Below, piece after piece: positions 1 to 9,606 of a stretch of 64,000 nucleotides of DNA. The notes beneath the pieces were generated by a model, which saw nothing but the letters and a program-made list of their open reading frames with translations, was not told the DNA's origin and ran no database searches. Origin of the DNA: Gemmatimonadota bacterium (GTDB lineage: Bacteria; Latescibacterota; UBA2968; UBA8231); assembly GCA_038128265.1 (NCBI GenBank), contig JAYPJE010000019.1, forward strand, positions 1-64,000, written 5' to 3'. The translations under genes and the position numbers were made by a program. Within the stretch, counting starts at the first letter, position 1. The number at the start of each line of letters is the position of its first letter.

Positions 1-1302
1 ATGTATCTGGCCTACGCGCTGTGGATTGGCCTGGGCTGGGTCGCCATCGTCGAGTTGATTCGCGTGCGCGTTCACCGCCTACCGCCGCTGGCCTTGGCCG
101 CCGCCGCGCTCTTTGGTCTGCTGCTGCCGGCGGGCACTGCTGCCAAACTCTACCACATTCAGGATCGCACCGGCGACTATATTGCCTACGACTACGCCCA
201 CAACCTGCTGGAGTCGTGCGACCCCAACAGCATCCTCTTCACCAACGGCGACAACGATACGTTTCCGCTATGGTACCTACAGGAAGTCGAGGGACTGCGC
301 CGCGACGTGCGCGTGGTCAACCTGAGTCTGCTCAACACCAACTGGTACATCAAGCAGCTGCGCGATCGTCAACCGCAGCTCGACATCCGCTACGACGACC
401 AATTTATCGACTCCGTGCTAACCGATACGCAGGAAGTCGATATCTACCGCCGCTATTGGCCCAAACCCGAAACGCTCAACGTCCACGGCTTGGAGTGGGA
501 AATGCGCGATTACGCCGGCTACAGCGTGCTGCGCGTGCAGGACGTCATGGTGCTCAAGCTCATCGAGTGGAACGAGTGGGAGCGGCCCATTCACTTTGCC
601 CTGACGGTGCCCACCTCTAACCGCATCGGCATCGATGCCTACCTAACGCTGACGGGCATGACGCTGACGCTCACACCCACCAAAGACCAGACCGTCGACC
701 CAGCGCGCACCGAGGCGCTGATCTACGACGTATTCAAACTGCGCGGCATTCTCGATCCACACGTCTACAAAGACGAGAACAGCCAGCGTCTATTGGGCAA
801 TTACCGCGCGGTCTTCGCCTATCTGTCGCAGCACTACGAAGAGCAGAGACAGCCCGATGCACTCGTGCGCCTGCTGCAATGGGCCGAGGCACATATCGAG
901 CTCAACTGGCATACCATCTATCTGAGCGCGCAGCGCCTGCACGATTTAGGGCGCACAGACCTAGCCGCACCCTATATGGAAAAGTCGGTTTCGGCTATGG
1001 TTGCCGGCTATGAAGAGGATCCCAACGCCAGCTACGAAAACATCGTCACGATGGGCGATATCACCCACGATAGCTACGGCGACCCAGTCGCCGCGGAGCG
1101 CATCTACCGCATGGGCATTGCCTTTGATCCACAAAAGCCCGGCGCATACTACGGTCTGGCTGCGTCCCTGCAGGAGCAAGGCGATGCGCGCGGTGCTCTA
1201 CGCCTGGTCGAAGAGTATATCGAACGCTATGGCGAGGCAGAGGAAATACTACGGGCACGGCAAATTCTCCAAAATGCTCTGCAGCAGGAGGAGACCCCCT
1301 AA
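1..1302 (+). CDS. DUF2723/TMEM260-like membrane glycosyltransferase with C-terminal TPRs (5' partial)
   Basis: Contains ILFTNGDNDTFPLWYLQEVEGxRxDVRVVNLSLLNTxWY, typical of DUF2723 proteins, and has helical TPR-like C-terminus. The ORF runs from the window edge. Confidence 0.8.
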   Translation: MYLAYALWIGLGWVAIVELIRVRVHRLPPLALAAAALFGLLLPAGTAAKLYHIQDRTGDYIAYDYAHNLLESCDPNSILFTNGDNDTFPLWYLQEVEGLRRDVRVVNLSLLNTNWYIKQLRDRQPQLDIRYDDQFIDSVLTDTQEVDIYRRYWPKPETLNVHGLEWEMRDYAGYSVLRVQDVMVLKLIEWNEWERPIHFALTVPTSNRIGIDAYLTLTGMTLTLTPTKDQTVDPARTEALIYDVFKLRGILDPHVYKDENSQRLLGNYRAVFAYLSQHYEEQRQPDALVRLLQWAEAHIELNWHTIYLSAQRLHDLGRTDLAAPYMEKSVSAMVAGYEEDPNASYENIVTMGDITHDSYGDPVAAERIYRMGIAFDPQKPGAYYGLAASLQEQGDARGALRLVEEYIERYGEAEEILRARQILQNALQQEETP

Positions 1303-1308
1303 GCACTC

Positions 1309-1337
1309 TTGCCCAAGGCATCGGCGCGGTGTACAAT
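1309..1337 (+). promoter_or_regulatory. sigma-70-like promoter TTGCCC-N17-TACAAT
   Basis: Near-consensus boxes in the intergenic gap upstream of the Nudix/SSS operon. Confidence 0.45.
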
Positions 1338-1443
1338 GTAGACCCTAAACCGCACGCCTTATAGGCGACGAGATGCCCTATGTACCCATACTGTCCATCG
1401 GCCCAGGTGCTCCGTCCGATATCGCAGGGGGAGGCGCGCTGAG

Positions 1444-2055
1444 GTGCACACCCAACCCATTGATATCCTGCGCCACCGCATCAACCAGCGCACACCCAAC
1501 CTGCTCGACACACCGCCTGACGCGGCCGTTGCCGCCGTGCTCTGCCCCAGCGACGGCGACGTGCAGCTGCTCTATATCGAGCGCATGCGCGCCGAGGGCG
1601 ACCCCTGGTCGGGGCATATCGCCTTTCCCGGCGGCCGCGTAGAACCGGACGATCGTTCGCTGCGCGAAACGGCCGAGCGCGAAACCCGCGAAGAAATTGA
1701 CCTACATCTGAGCGACGAGCACTACGTGGGCCGCTTAGACGACCTAAAGGGAACGTCGCTGCCCGTGCAGGTGGCAGCCTTTGTCTACGCCCTTGGCGAC
1801 CGCACCGAACTCGCGCCCAACGGCGAAGTGCACCGTGCGTTCTGGCACCCTCTAAGCACGCTGTGTGATCCCGAGCGCCAGCGCATGCACGTCGCCCAGC
1901 ACCGCGGTGCTTCTCGCCCCATGCCGGCCATCGATGTCCTAGGCCCCAACAACCCGCTGCTCTGGGGTATCACCTATCGCTTTACGGCTCAATTGACCCA
2001 TTTACTGGGCCATCCCTTACCTATTCACCCCCGCGCGGAGGGAGCTCATCAGTGA
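1444..2055 (+). CDS. CoA pyrophosphatase (Nudix, NudL-like)
   Basis: GDPWSGHIAFPGG plus Nudix box GGxVEPDDxSLRETAERETREEI, and LWGIT. Confidence 0.85.
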   Translation: MHTQPIDILRHRINQRTPNLLDTPPDAAVAAVLCPSDGDVQLLYIERMRAEGDPWSGHIAFPGGRVEPDDRSLRETAERETREEIDLHLSDEHYVGRLDDLKGTSLPVQVAAFVYALGDRTELAPNGEVHRAFWHPLSTLCDPERQRMHVAQHRGASRPMPAIDVLGPNNPLLWGITYRFTAQLTHLLGHPLPIHPRAEGAHQ

Positions 2056-2288
2056 ACGCCGCATCTGAGAAACGCCTGCTCGTCCTGCTATTTGTTCTGG
2101 CCATGATTATGGGCTCTGGGCCGGGTCTCTATCTGATCAATCCAGACCCAAGCGCCACCGATGCCTCTTTTACCACCTTTGGCCTGCCCACCATATACGT
2201 TTGGGGCCTGCTGTGGTATGCCGTGCAGCTCGGAGTTATTCTGCGCGCCTACAGCCGCTATTGGAAAGGAGAGGGTGATGCCCGATAA
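2052..2288 (+). CDS. small membrane partner of sodium:solute symporter (DUF3311/DUF997-like)
   Basis: 78 aa, two hydrophobic segments, FGLP motif, overlaps the downstream SSS gene. Confidence 0.7.
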   Translation: MNAASEKRLLVLLFVLAMIMGSGPGLYLINPDPSATDASFTTFGLPTIYVWGLLWYAVQLGVILRAYSRYWKGEGDAR

Positions 2289-3864
2289 CGGACTCGGCAC
2301 CATACCACACATCGTCCTGGGACTCTACCTGGCGCTGCTGCTCTTTTTCGGCCTGCAGGGCTACCGCCGCCGCCGAGACGAAAATCAAGACGACTACTAC
2401 TTGGCGGGGCGAGCGCAGGGTTGGGTCATCACTTCGCTGACGATTATGGCCACTTTTTTTAGCTCCTTTGCCCTCCTTGGCGCTCCCGGAATGGTCTATC
2501 GGGACGGCGTTGTCTTTTCGCTCTTTAGCCTCAACGTGCCGGTAGCAGGCGTCGCCATCTACCTGCTCGGCGCGCGCATCCGCCGCATCGGACGCGACAA
2601 CGGCTACCTAACGCCGGCCGATATGATCTCCGCCCACTACGGCAGCCCGCTGGCTCTGCGCCTGCTCGTCTCGCTGATCGGCCTGCTTTACGCCGTGCCC
2701 TACGTCGTTATCCAGATCCAAGCGGGCGGGATCTTGTCAGAGCAGCTCTTTCCCGGACGCGACGCCTTCGAGGTCGGTGCTTCGCTGCTGGCCCTTGTCA
2801 CCATGCTCTACATCATGATCGGCGGCATGCGCTCGGTGGCCTGGACGGACGCCGTGCAGGGCGGACTTTTGGTTGGCGGCATGCTGCTGGCCGGTGGCTG
2901 CGCCGTAGCTGTGCTCGGAGGGCCCGTCGCATTTTTCCAAGCCGTAGCCACGCTGCCGCCTAAGTCGCTGAGCGTGCCGGGCACGACCGGACACTGGATG
3001 CCGGGCATGCTCTTTACCGCTTCGGCCTTTGCCTCGCTCGGCTCGATGATCCAGCCGGCTCAGTGGATGCGTTTTTATGCGGCGCGTTCAAACGAGGTGC
3101 TCAAACGCAGTGCGCTCATCTTTGCCGTTGTTTTGACCCTGTGCTTTTTCTTTGGCGTCATGCTCGTCGGCCTCGGCGGACAGGTGCTCTACCCCCTAGT
3201 CGATGCAAACGGCCTCTACCACATGAACGAAGCCGGTGCCCTCATACCCAACCCAGCCGTCGGCCACACGCCAGGTTCCTTTGACCAGATTCTCATCGTC
3301 GTCCTCAAAAACCACCTACCCGATTTGCTGGGCCCATTTGGCGCTGTACTCGCTGCGCTCATACTAGTGGCTATTATGGCCGCTGCCATGAGCACGGCCG
3401 ATTCCAACCTACACGCCCTCTCGGCGCTGCTAACCCACGACGTCTACGACCAGTTTCTGCGTCCGCAGGCTAGCCAGCGCGAACGCACCTGGGTCGGCCG
3501 CGCCATCATTGCCTTCGCCACGCTCCTTGCGCTCTTTCTCGTTCTGGCCAGCCGTCAGAGCGAGAGCAACCCGCTCGGGATGATCGTCATCTTGGGCCTG
3601 CTGGCCATCGCCTTTTCTACCCAACTACTGCCTATGACAGTCGATATGCTCTACGTGCAGTGGGGCACGCGGCAGGGTGCCGTCTCCGGATTGGTGGTTG
3701 GGCTCTTCGTCATCTTTTTTCTCAGCCCCTTTTTCCCCATGGTATTTGGCAGCGGCGCCCAGGGGCTTATCGCCCTGATGAAACAGAGCATCGACGTCGG
3801 CGCTTGGGCGCTGTTTTTTAACGTAATGACCTTTGTTTCCGTATCGCTTTACACGCGCTCGTAA
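2278..3864 (+). CDS. sodium:solute symporter family protein
   Basis: DYYLAGR, ATFFSSFALLGAPG, GGMRSVAWTD and AAAMSTADS motifs. Start reassigned to ATG 2278 after a purine-rich RBS (GGAGAGGG). Confidence 0.9.
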   Translation: MPDNGLGTIPHIVLGLYLALLLFFGLQGYRRRRDENQDDYYLAGRAQGWVITSLTIMATFFSSFALLGAPGMVYRDGVVFSLFSLNVPVAGVAIYLLGARIRRIGRDNGYLTPADMISAHYGSPLALRLLVSLIGLLYAVPYVVIQIQAGGILSEQLFPGRDAFEVGASLLALVTMLYIMIGGMRSVAWTDAVQGGLLVGGMLLAGGCAVAVLGGPVAFFQAVATLPPKSLSVPGTTGHWMPGMLFTASAFASLGSMIQPAQWMRFYAARSNEVLKRSALIFAVVLTLCFFFGVMLVGLGGQVLYPLVDANGLYHMNEAGALIPNPAVGHTPGSFDQILIVVLKNHLPDLLGPFGAVLAALILVAIMAAAMSTADSNLHALSALLTHDVYDQFLRPQASQRERTWVGRAIIAFATLLALFLVLASRQSESNPLGMIVILGLLAIAFSTQLLPMTVDMLYVQWGTRQGAVSGLVVGLFVIFFLSPFFPMVFGSGAQGLIALMKQSIDVGAWALFFNVMTFVSVSLYTRS

Positions 3865-3878
3865 AAAGGATCTGTGAC

Positions 3879-5000
3879 ATGAGCCAGTTGAATACCGCCC
3901 TGGTGGGGCTGAAAGGGGTTGGGCGCCAGCACCTGAAGGGACTGGCCGAAAGTGCGCGCGCGAAGCTAGTTGCCGTAGCCGATATCGACGCCGAGCACGC
4001 CGGACGCGTCGCCGATGAGCACGGCGCGCGCGCCTACGACGACTACCGCGCGCTGCTCGACGGGGAAAAAGAGCTCGACGCCGTGGTCTTTGCCACGCCC
4101 CACCACCTACACGCACCCATGAGCCTGGATGCCCTGCGCGCCGATTGCCACGTATTCGTCGAAAAGCCCATCGCCATTCGCGTCTCCGAAGCCGATGCAA
4201 TGGTGGCCGAAGCAGCCGCCCGCGGCAAGGTGCTGGCCGTCGGACACAACTACCGCTCCTTCCCCGTCAACCAAAAGCTCAAGGAGCTGCTGCCGCAGTT
4301 GGGCAGCGTCCAGCGCGTGCTATGGCAGTGGTTGGAAAATCGACCGGAGTCCTATTACGGGCGCGATGTCTGGCGCTCGACGTGGCGCCATGCCGGAGGG
4401 GGCGTGCTGATGAACCAGACCAGCCATGACCTAGATCTGCTGTGCTGGCTCTTTGGTCCAGCGACGGAAGTCTCGGCGATTATTGGCAACCGCGGCCATC
4501 GCCACGAGGTAGAGGATACGGCCATGGCTACGATCCGCTTTGACAGTGGCGCGCTGGCCAACGTGCAGTTGAGCACCTACAGTCACCGCCTCAACCTGCG
4601 GCATATCGCCGGCGAGCTAGGCGCTATTCGCATAGAGGACACCATCAACGCCAACGTGCAGGTGCCAGAGCGCTTTCAGTTGGGCCTGTACGATCGCCCC
4701 ATCGCCCAGATCATCGCCGAAGAGGAGCGCATGACGGCCCAGCCCGAACCGCAGTGGCGCGATGTCGACTGCCGCGACGCGCAGGCGCCTTCCCTGCTCG
4801 ACAGCTTTATCGACGCCTGTTTAGACGGCGGGCAGCCGATAACGGACGGCGCCAGTGCGCTACACACGTTGGAATTGATCAACGCCATCGTGCTGGCGGG
4901 CGTGCGCAAAAAAGTCGTGCAGTGCCCGCTAGACCGCGGCGAGTACGATGAGCTAATGGAAGAGTTGGCGAGCGGCCAGGTGCGCGTAGAACGCCTGTAG
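3879..5000 (+). CDS. Gfo/Idh/MocA family oxidoreductase
   Basis: VGLKGVG Rossmann motif, ATPHHLH, VEKPI, GGGVLMNQTSHDLD. Confidence 0.9.
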   Translation: MSQLNTALVGLKGVGRQHLKGLAESARAKLVAVADIDAEHAGRVADEHGARAYDDYRALLDGEKELDAVVFATPHHLHAPMSLDALRADCHVFVEKPIAIRVSEADAMVAEAAARGKVLAVGHNYRSFPVNQKLKELLPQLGSVQRVLWQWLENRPESYYGRDVWRSTWRHAGGGVLMNQTSHDLDLLCWLFGPATEVSAIIGNRGHRHEVEDTAMATIRFDSGALANVQLSTYSHRLNLRHIAGELGAIRIEDTINANVQVPERFQLGLYDRPIAQIIAEEERMTAQPEPQWRDVDCRDAQAPSLLDSFIDACLDGGQPITDGASALHTLELINAIVLAGVRKKVVQCPLDRGEYDELMEELASGQVRVERL

Positions 5001-5019
5001 TAAAACGGCGGTCGCCGCG

Positions 5020-6486
5020 CTAGGCAACGGGGCGGCTTTCCGACGCGCCGATCGAGCGAACGACGCCGCGCAGCATGCCGCGAAATACCAGCACGTGCAC
5101 GGGATAGATACCGTACCAATAGAGCAAGCCAAACAGCCCGAGCGGATCGAATACGGCCGTCTGGCGCACAATGCATCCACCGTCGCCTTCTTCGACTTCA
5201 AACTGCAGCCAAGCGCGCCCCGGCAGCTTCATCTCGGCGCGCAGGCGCAGCAGGTGATTTCCTTCGACCTCTTCTACGCGCCAAAAATCGAGCGCATCAC
5301 CCGGCAGCACGTGCTCCGGGTCGCGGCGACCGCGGCGCATCCCCGGCCCACCCACTAATAGGTCGATAAACCCGCGCAGGCGCCACAGCACATTGCCGTA
5401 GTACCAGCCGGCCTGCCCGCCGATGCGGCGAATGGGAGCGAACGCAGCACTCGCCGAACAGGACACCTGCTCCGAGCGCGAGTCGACCAGGCGCGAGCCA
5501 AATTGGATGCCGCCCCAGTTGGGCTCCGTGCCGGCCGAAGACAGCGCGTCCGACCAGCGCGTTTGCGCAAAGTCGCGCTCCTCGTTTTTGAGGGCGCGCT
5601 CAATCGCCTCGCGCATTCCCATCGGCTGGATGGTAAACAGCGCCCTGGCGCGGTCGGACCGCACGACCGTATCGTGTCGCACGCTATCGATGAGCTTGCG
5701 CCCCACGCGCGCATAGAGCGGCGTTATGAGTCCCAACCACAAACTCGACAGGTGCGGCGTTAGAACGGGCAGCGGTATGATCAGTCGACGCATGCCGCGC
5801 TGGCGCGCAAACTCGCGCATGATGTCGATGTAGGCAACTTGATCGGCGCCGCCGATTTCGACCACCTGACTCCCGTCTAGCGCCACTTCAATGGATTCGA
5901 CGAGGTAGCGCAGTACGTCTTCGATCGCGATAGGCTGAGCGAGTGAATATACCCAGCGCGGCGTCACCATCATCGGCAGGCGGTTGACCAAATTGCGAAT
6001 CATTTCAAAAGACAGCGAGCCAGAGCCAATGATTATCGACGCGCGAAGCTCGAGCGTCTGCACGCCGGACTCGCGCAAGATACGTCCCACCTCATGGCGG
6101 CTGCGCAAGTGCGCCGAATCGACGTATTCTTCGTCTCCCAAGCCGCCCAGGTAGACGATGCGCCGCACGCCGGCCGACTCGGCTGCGCGCGCAAAGTTTT
6201 CCGCTGCGATGCGATCTTCGCTGGAGAAATCGCTCTCTGCCCCCATCGAATGCACCATGTAGAACGCCACATCGATTCCGTTCAGCGCCTCCACCAACGT
6301 GCTCTCTTGCAGGACGTCGCCCTTGCACACTTCGGTCGTAGCCGCCACGCGTGCGCGCAGTTCGTCCGGGCGACGCGTCATGCAGCGCAGCGCGTAGCCT
6401 GCTTCTTCGAGCACGGGCAGCAGCCGTCCACCGACGTAACCGCTAGCGCCGGTTAGCAGAATCTTTAGTCCATTTCCATTTCCCAT
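5020..6486 (-). CDS. atypical SDR oxidoreductase with C-terminal DUF2867 (YbjT-like)
   Basis: TGASGYVG; C-terminal GDALDFWRVE...LRLRAEMKLPGRAWLQF...GLLYWY. Confidence 0.85.
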   Translation of the reverse strand: MGNGNGLKILLTGASGYVGGRLLPVLEEAGYALRCMTRRPDELRARVAATTEVCKGDVLQESTLVEALNGIDVAFYMVHSMGAESDFSSEDRIAAENFARAAESAGVRRIVYLGGLGDEEYVDSAHLRSRHEVGRILRESGVQTLELRASIIIGSGSLSFEMIRNLVNRLPMMVTPRWVYSLAQPIAIEDVLRYLVESIEVALDGSQVVEIGGADQVAYIDIMREFARQRGMRRLIIPLPVLTPHLSSLWLGLITPLYARVGRKLIDSVRHDTVVRSDRARALFTIQPMGMREAIERALKNEERDFAQTRWSDALSSAGTEPNWGGIQFGSRLVDSRSEQVSCSASAAFAPIRRIGGQAGWYYGNVLWRLRGFIDLLVGGPGMRRGRRDPEHVLPGDALDFWRVEEVEGNHLLRLRAEMKLPGRAWLQFEVEEGDGGCIVRQTAVFDPLGLFGLLYWYGIYPVHVLVFRGMLRGVVRSIGASESRPVA

Positions 6487-6561
6487 AGAGGAGAATTAAC
6501 TCTCTTTGTGTAAAAACACAATTACGACTGCGGCCATACTCCCCCATGCGCGCACGCCGAC

Positions 6562-6589
6562 TTGACTTTGGCGCCAATCTCATTATCCT
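6562..6589 (+). promoter_or_regulatory. putative promoter TTGACT-N16-TATCCT of the desaturase/ufa-like operon
   Basis: Boxes read directly 41 nt upstream of ATG 6631. Confidence 0.5.
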
Positions 6590-6630
6590 CATTCGGCTAA
6601 TATTATACTTTTTTAACTAAAAAAACGGCT

Positions 6631-7569
6631 ATGAGCACACGTTTGTCCCAACCCCGCAACAAACTGGGCAGCCTGCTGCGTTGGTTCGATTCCGAGGCGA
6701 GCTACCGCGATGAATTTCTGACGCGCAACGGCAGCGACTGGCTGCGCGTCGTGCCCTTTGGTCTTGTCCATCTGGTTTGCCTCGCCGCCTTCTGGGTAGG
6801 CTGGAGCCCGCTAGCGCTAGGCGTAGCCGTGGCCGCCTACGCGGTGCGCATGTTTGCCATCACCGGCTTTTATCACCGCTACTTTTCGCACCGCACGTTT
6901 TCCACTTCACGCGCAGCGCAGTTTGTCTTTGCGCTATTGGGAAACAGCGCCCTGCAGCGTGGACCGCTGTGGTGGGCTGCCCACCATCGCCACCATCACC
7001 GCCACTCCGACCAGCCCGGCGATCCCCACTCGCCTCACCAGCACGGCTTTGTATGGAGCCACGTGCTGTGGATTACTTCGCGCGAGAACTTTGCAACCGA
7101 TCTCGACGCCGTGCCCGACTTGGCCCGCTACCCGGAACTGCGCTTTCTCAACCGCTTCGACTTTTTAGTACCCATCGCGCTGGCTGTAGGCATGTACTTC
7201 CTCGGCGAAGCGCTGACCGCATACGGCACCAGCGGCTGGCAGATGCTGGTCTGGGGTTTCTTTATCTCGACGATTGCGCTCTTCCACGCCACCTGCACCA
7301 TTAATTCGCTGGCCCACCAATTTGGCACGCGCCGCTTTGAAACCGGCGAGGGCAGCCGCAACAACGTCTGGCTGGCGCTCATCACATTTGGTGAAGGCTG
7401 GCACAACAACCACCACTACTACCCCGGAGCCAGCCGCCAGGGGTTTTACTGGTGGGAAATTGACCTGACCTATCTGGGACTGAGACTGCTTTCCATGCTC
7501 GGCATTATCTGGGATCTGCACCCGGTGCCCGCGCGCGTCTACGCACGCGCCGAGGAGCACGCCGCGTGA
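6631..7569 (+). CDS. membrane acyl-CoA/acyl-lipid (delta-9 type) fatty acid desaturase
   Basis: His boxes HRYFSH, HHRHHH, GEGWHNNHH. Confidence 0.92.
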   Translation: MSTRLSQPRNKLGSLLRWFDSEASYRDEFLTRNGSDWLRVVPFGLVHLVCLAAFWVGWSPLALGVAVAAYAVRMFAITGFYHRYFSHRTFSTSRAAQFVFALLGNSALQRGPLWWAAHHRHHHRHSDQPGDPHSPHQHGFVWSHVLWITSRENFATDLDAVPDLARYPELRFLNRFDFLVPIALAVGMYFLGEALTAYGTSGWQMLVWGFFISTIALFHATCTINSLAHQFGTRRFETGEGSRNNVWLALITFGEGWHNNHHYYPGASRQGFYWWEIDLTYLGLRLLSMLGIIWDLHPVPARVYARAEEHAA

Positions 7570-8852
7570 GCGAAGGCTCCGCTTCGAACGGACGCCGGCG
7601 CATCGCCGTCGTCGGCAGTGGCATTTCGGGGCTGGTCGCCGCACACCGCCTGCAGCACAGCTGCGATCTGAGCATTTTCGAAGCGGGTGACTACGTGGGC
7701 GGTCACACCCATACAATTGATGTCGAACAGGACGGGCAGTCCTACGCCGTCGACACTGGCTTTATCGTCTACAACGAAAAAAACTATCCGCATTTCACCC
7801 GTCTACTCGGCGAATTGGGCATCGACACCCAGCCGACGGAGATGAGTTTTAGCGTGCAGTGTGAGCACAGCGGCCTCGAATATAACGGAACGTCCATCAA
7901 CAAGATCTTTGCCCAGCGCTCTAACCTACTAAGGCCTTCTTTCCACCGCATGCTGCGCGAAATCGTACGCTTTTATCGCCAGGCACCCGAACTGCTCGAG
8001 GGCGAGGACAGCAGCACGACGCTGGGCGAATACTTGGAGCGCGGACAGTTCGGACGCGAATTTATCGAACAGCACATCATTCCCATGGGCGCGGCCATCT
8101 GGTCTTCTGCGCCCAACGGCATGTTCGACTTTCCCGCCCGCACCTTTGCTCAGTTTTTTCACAACCACGGCTTTTTGCAGTGGAAGGGCCGTCCGCAGTG
8201 GCGCGTCGTCTGCGGCGGTTCGCACCAGTACGTGCGCGCCTTGACTGCCCCCCTTACCGAACGCATTCACACTAACGCTCCTGTGCGCTCCATACGTCGC
8301 TTCTCCGACGGCGTCGACGTCGAGATAGCCGGACAGCCCGCCCAGCGCTTTGACGAGGTCATTATCGCTACCCACAGCGATCAGGCCCTGCGCCTGCTGG
8401 CCGACCCAACGGAGCAGGAACGCGCTATCCTAGGCGCCATTCGCTACCAGCAAAACGAGACGGTCCTGCATACCGACGCCGCCCTGCTGCCTAAGAAAAG
8501 GCGCGCCTGGGCCAGCTGGAACTATTATCTTCCCGCGGCCGGATCGAGCACGCCCACCGGGACCTACAACATGAATATTCTACAGAGCTTGAGCAGCCGG
8601 CAGCCCTTCTGCGTCAGCCTCAACCGCCAGGACGAAATTGACGAGCGCCACGTCGTGCAGCGCATGACCTACCACCACCCGATATACGATCTGCCCGCGT
8701 TGGACGCACAGAAGCGACGCGGCGAGATCAGCGGCGTGCAGCGCACGCACTACTGCGGCGCCTACTGGGGCTACGGCTTTCACGAAGACGGCGCGCGCTC
8801 GGGCATTGAGGTGGCCGAAGCCATAGAGCGAGGAGTGAGCGCGCGTGCATAG
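7566..8852 (+). CDS. FAD-dependent oxidoreductase (COG2907; UfaD/RSP1091-like)
   Basis: VVGSGISGL, GGHTHT, VDTGFIVYN, YCGAYWGYGFHEDG; adjacent to DUF1365 and cfa-like genes. Confidence 0.88.
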   Translation: MSEGSASNGRRRIAVVGSGISGLVAAHRLQHSCDLSIFEAGDYVGGHTHTIDVEQDGQSYAVDTGFIVYNEKNYPHFTRLLGELGIDTQPTEMSFSVQCEHSGLEYNGTSINKIFAQRSNLLRPSFHRMLREIVRFYRQAPELLEGEDSSTTLGEYLERGQFGREFIEQHIIPMGAAIWSSAPNGMFDFPARTFAQFFHNHGFLQWKGRPQWRVVCGGSHQYVRALTAPLTERIHTNAPVRSIRRFSDGVDVEIAGQPAQRFDEVIIATHSDQALRLLADPTEQERAILGAIRYQQNETVLHTDAALLPKKRRAWASWNYYLPAAGSSTPTGTYNMNILQSLSSRQPFCVSLNRQDEIDERHVVQRMTYHHPIYDLPALDAQKRRGEISGVQRTHYCGAYWGYGFHEDGARSGIEVAEAIERGVSARA

Positions 8853-9597
8853 CTGCATTTTCGAAGGGCGCGTGCGCCATCGTCGCTTTCTTCCCGTCGA
8901 ACACGCCTTCACCTATCGCCTATTTATGATGTACCTCGATCTGGACGAATTGCCGCACCTCTTTGACCGCTACCACCTGTGGTCGGCAAGCGGAACCAAC
9001 GTCGCCCAGTTTCGTCGCACCGATCACATCGGCGATCCGCACCAGCCTCTGCAGGAGAGCGCCCGCGACCTGGTAGAAGCCGACTGCGGCCGGCGCCCCC
9101 TCGGCCCGGTGCGCCTACTGACTCACATGCGCTACTTCGGCTACCGCTTCAATCCCGTCAGCTTCTACTACTGCTACGGCGAAAACGGTGCGCTCGAGGC
9201 CATCATTGCCGAGATCAACAACACGCCCTGGGGCGAACAGCACGCCTATGTGCTGGACGAAACGCGCAACGAGGGCAGGGACAGCAAGAAGCGCTATCAA
9301 TTCGACAAGGCCTTTCACGTCTCGCCCTTTATGGGCATGGAACAGCACTATACCTGGCACTTTGTTGCCCCCACTCATCAGCTGAGCGTGCACATGCAAA
9401 GCCGCGAGCGCGATGCGGCGCTCTTTGACGCGACGATGAATCTTCAGCGCACGGAAATTAGCGCGGGCACGCTGGCGCGCGTGCTGGCCCAGTACCCGCT
9501 GATGACGGCGCGCGTCACCGGCGCCATATACTGGCAGGCACTGCGCCTGTGGTTGAAGCGCATCCCCTTTTATCCCCATCCATCCATCGCCGAGTAG
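8845..9597 (+). CDS. DUF1365 protein (UfaO/RSP1090-like)
   Basis: GRVRHRRFxP, FNPVSFYYC, EINNTPWGE, KAFHVSPFM, IYWQALRLWLK. Confidence 0.9.
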   Translation: MHSCIFEGRVRHRRFLPVEHAFTYRLFMMYLDLDELPHLFDRYHLWSASGTNVAQFRRTDHIGDPHQPLQESARDLVEADCGRRPLGPVRLLTHMRYFGYRFNPVSFYYCYGENGALEAIIAEINNTPWGEQHAYVLDETRNEGRDSKKRYQFDKAFHVSPFMGMEQHYTWHFVAPTHQLSVHMQSRERDAALFDATMNLQRTEISAGTLARVLAQYPLMTARVTGAIYWQALRLWLKRIPFYPHPSIAE

Positions 9598-9606
9598 AGG
9601 TGTACT

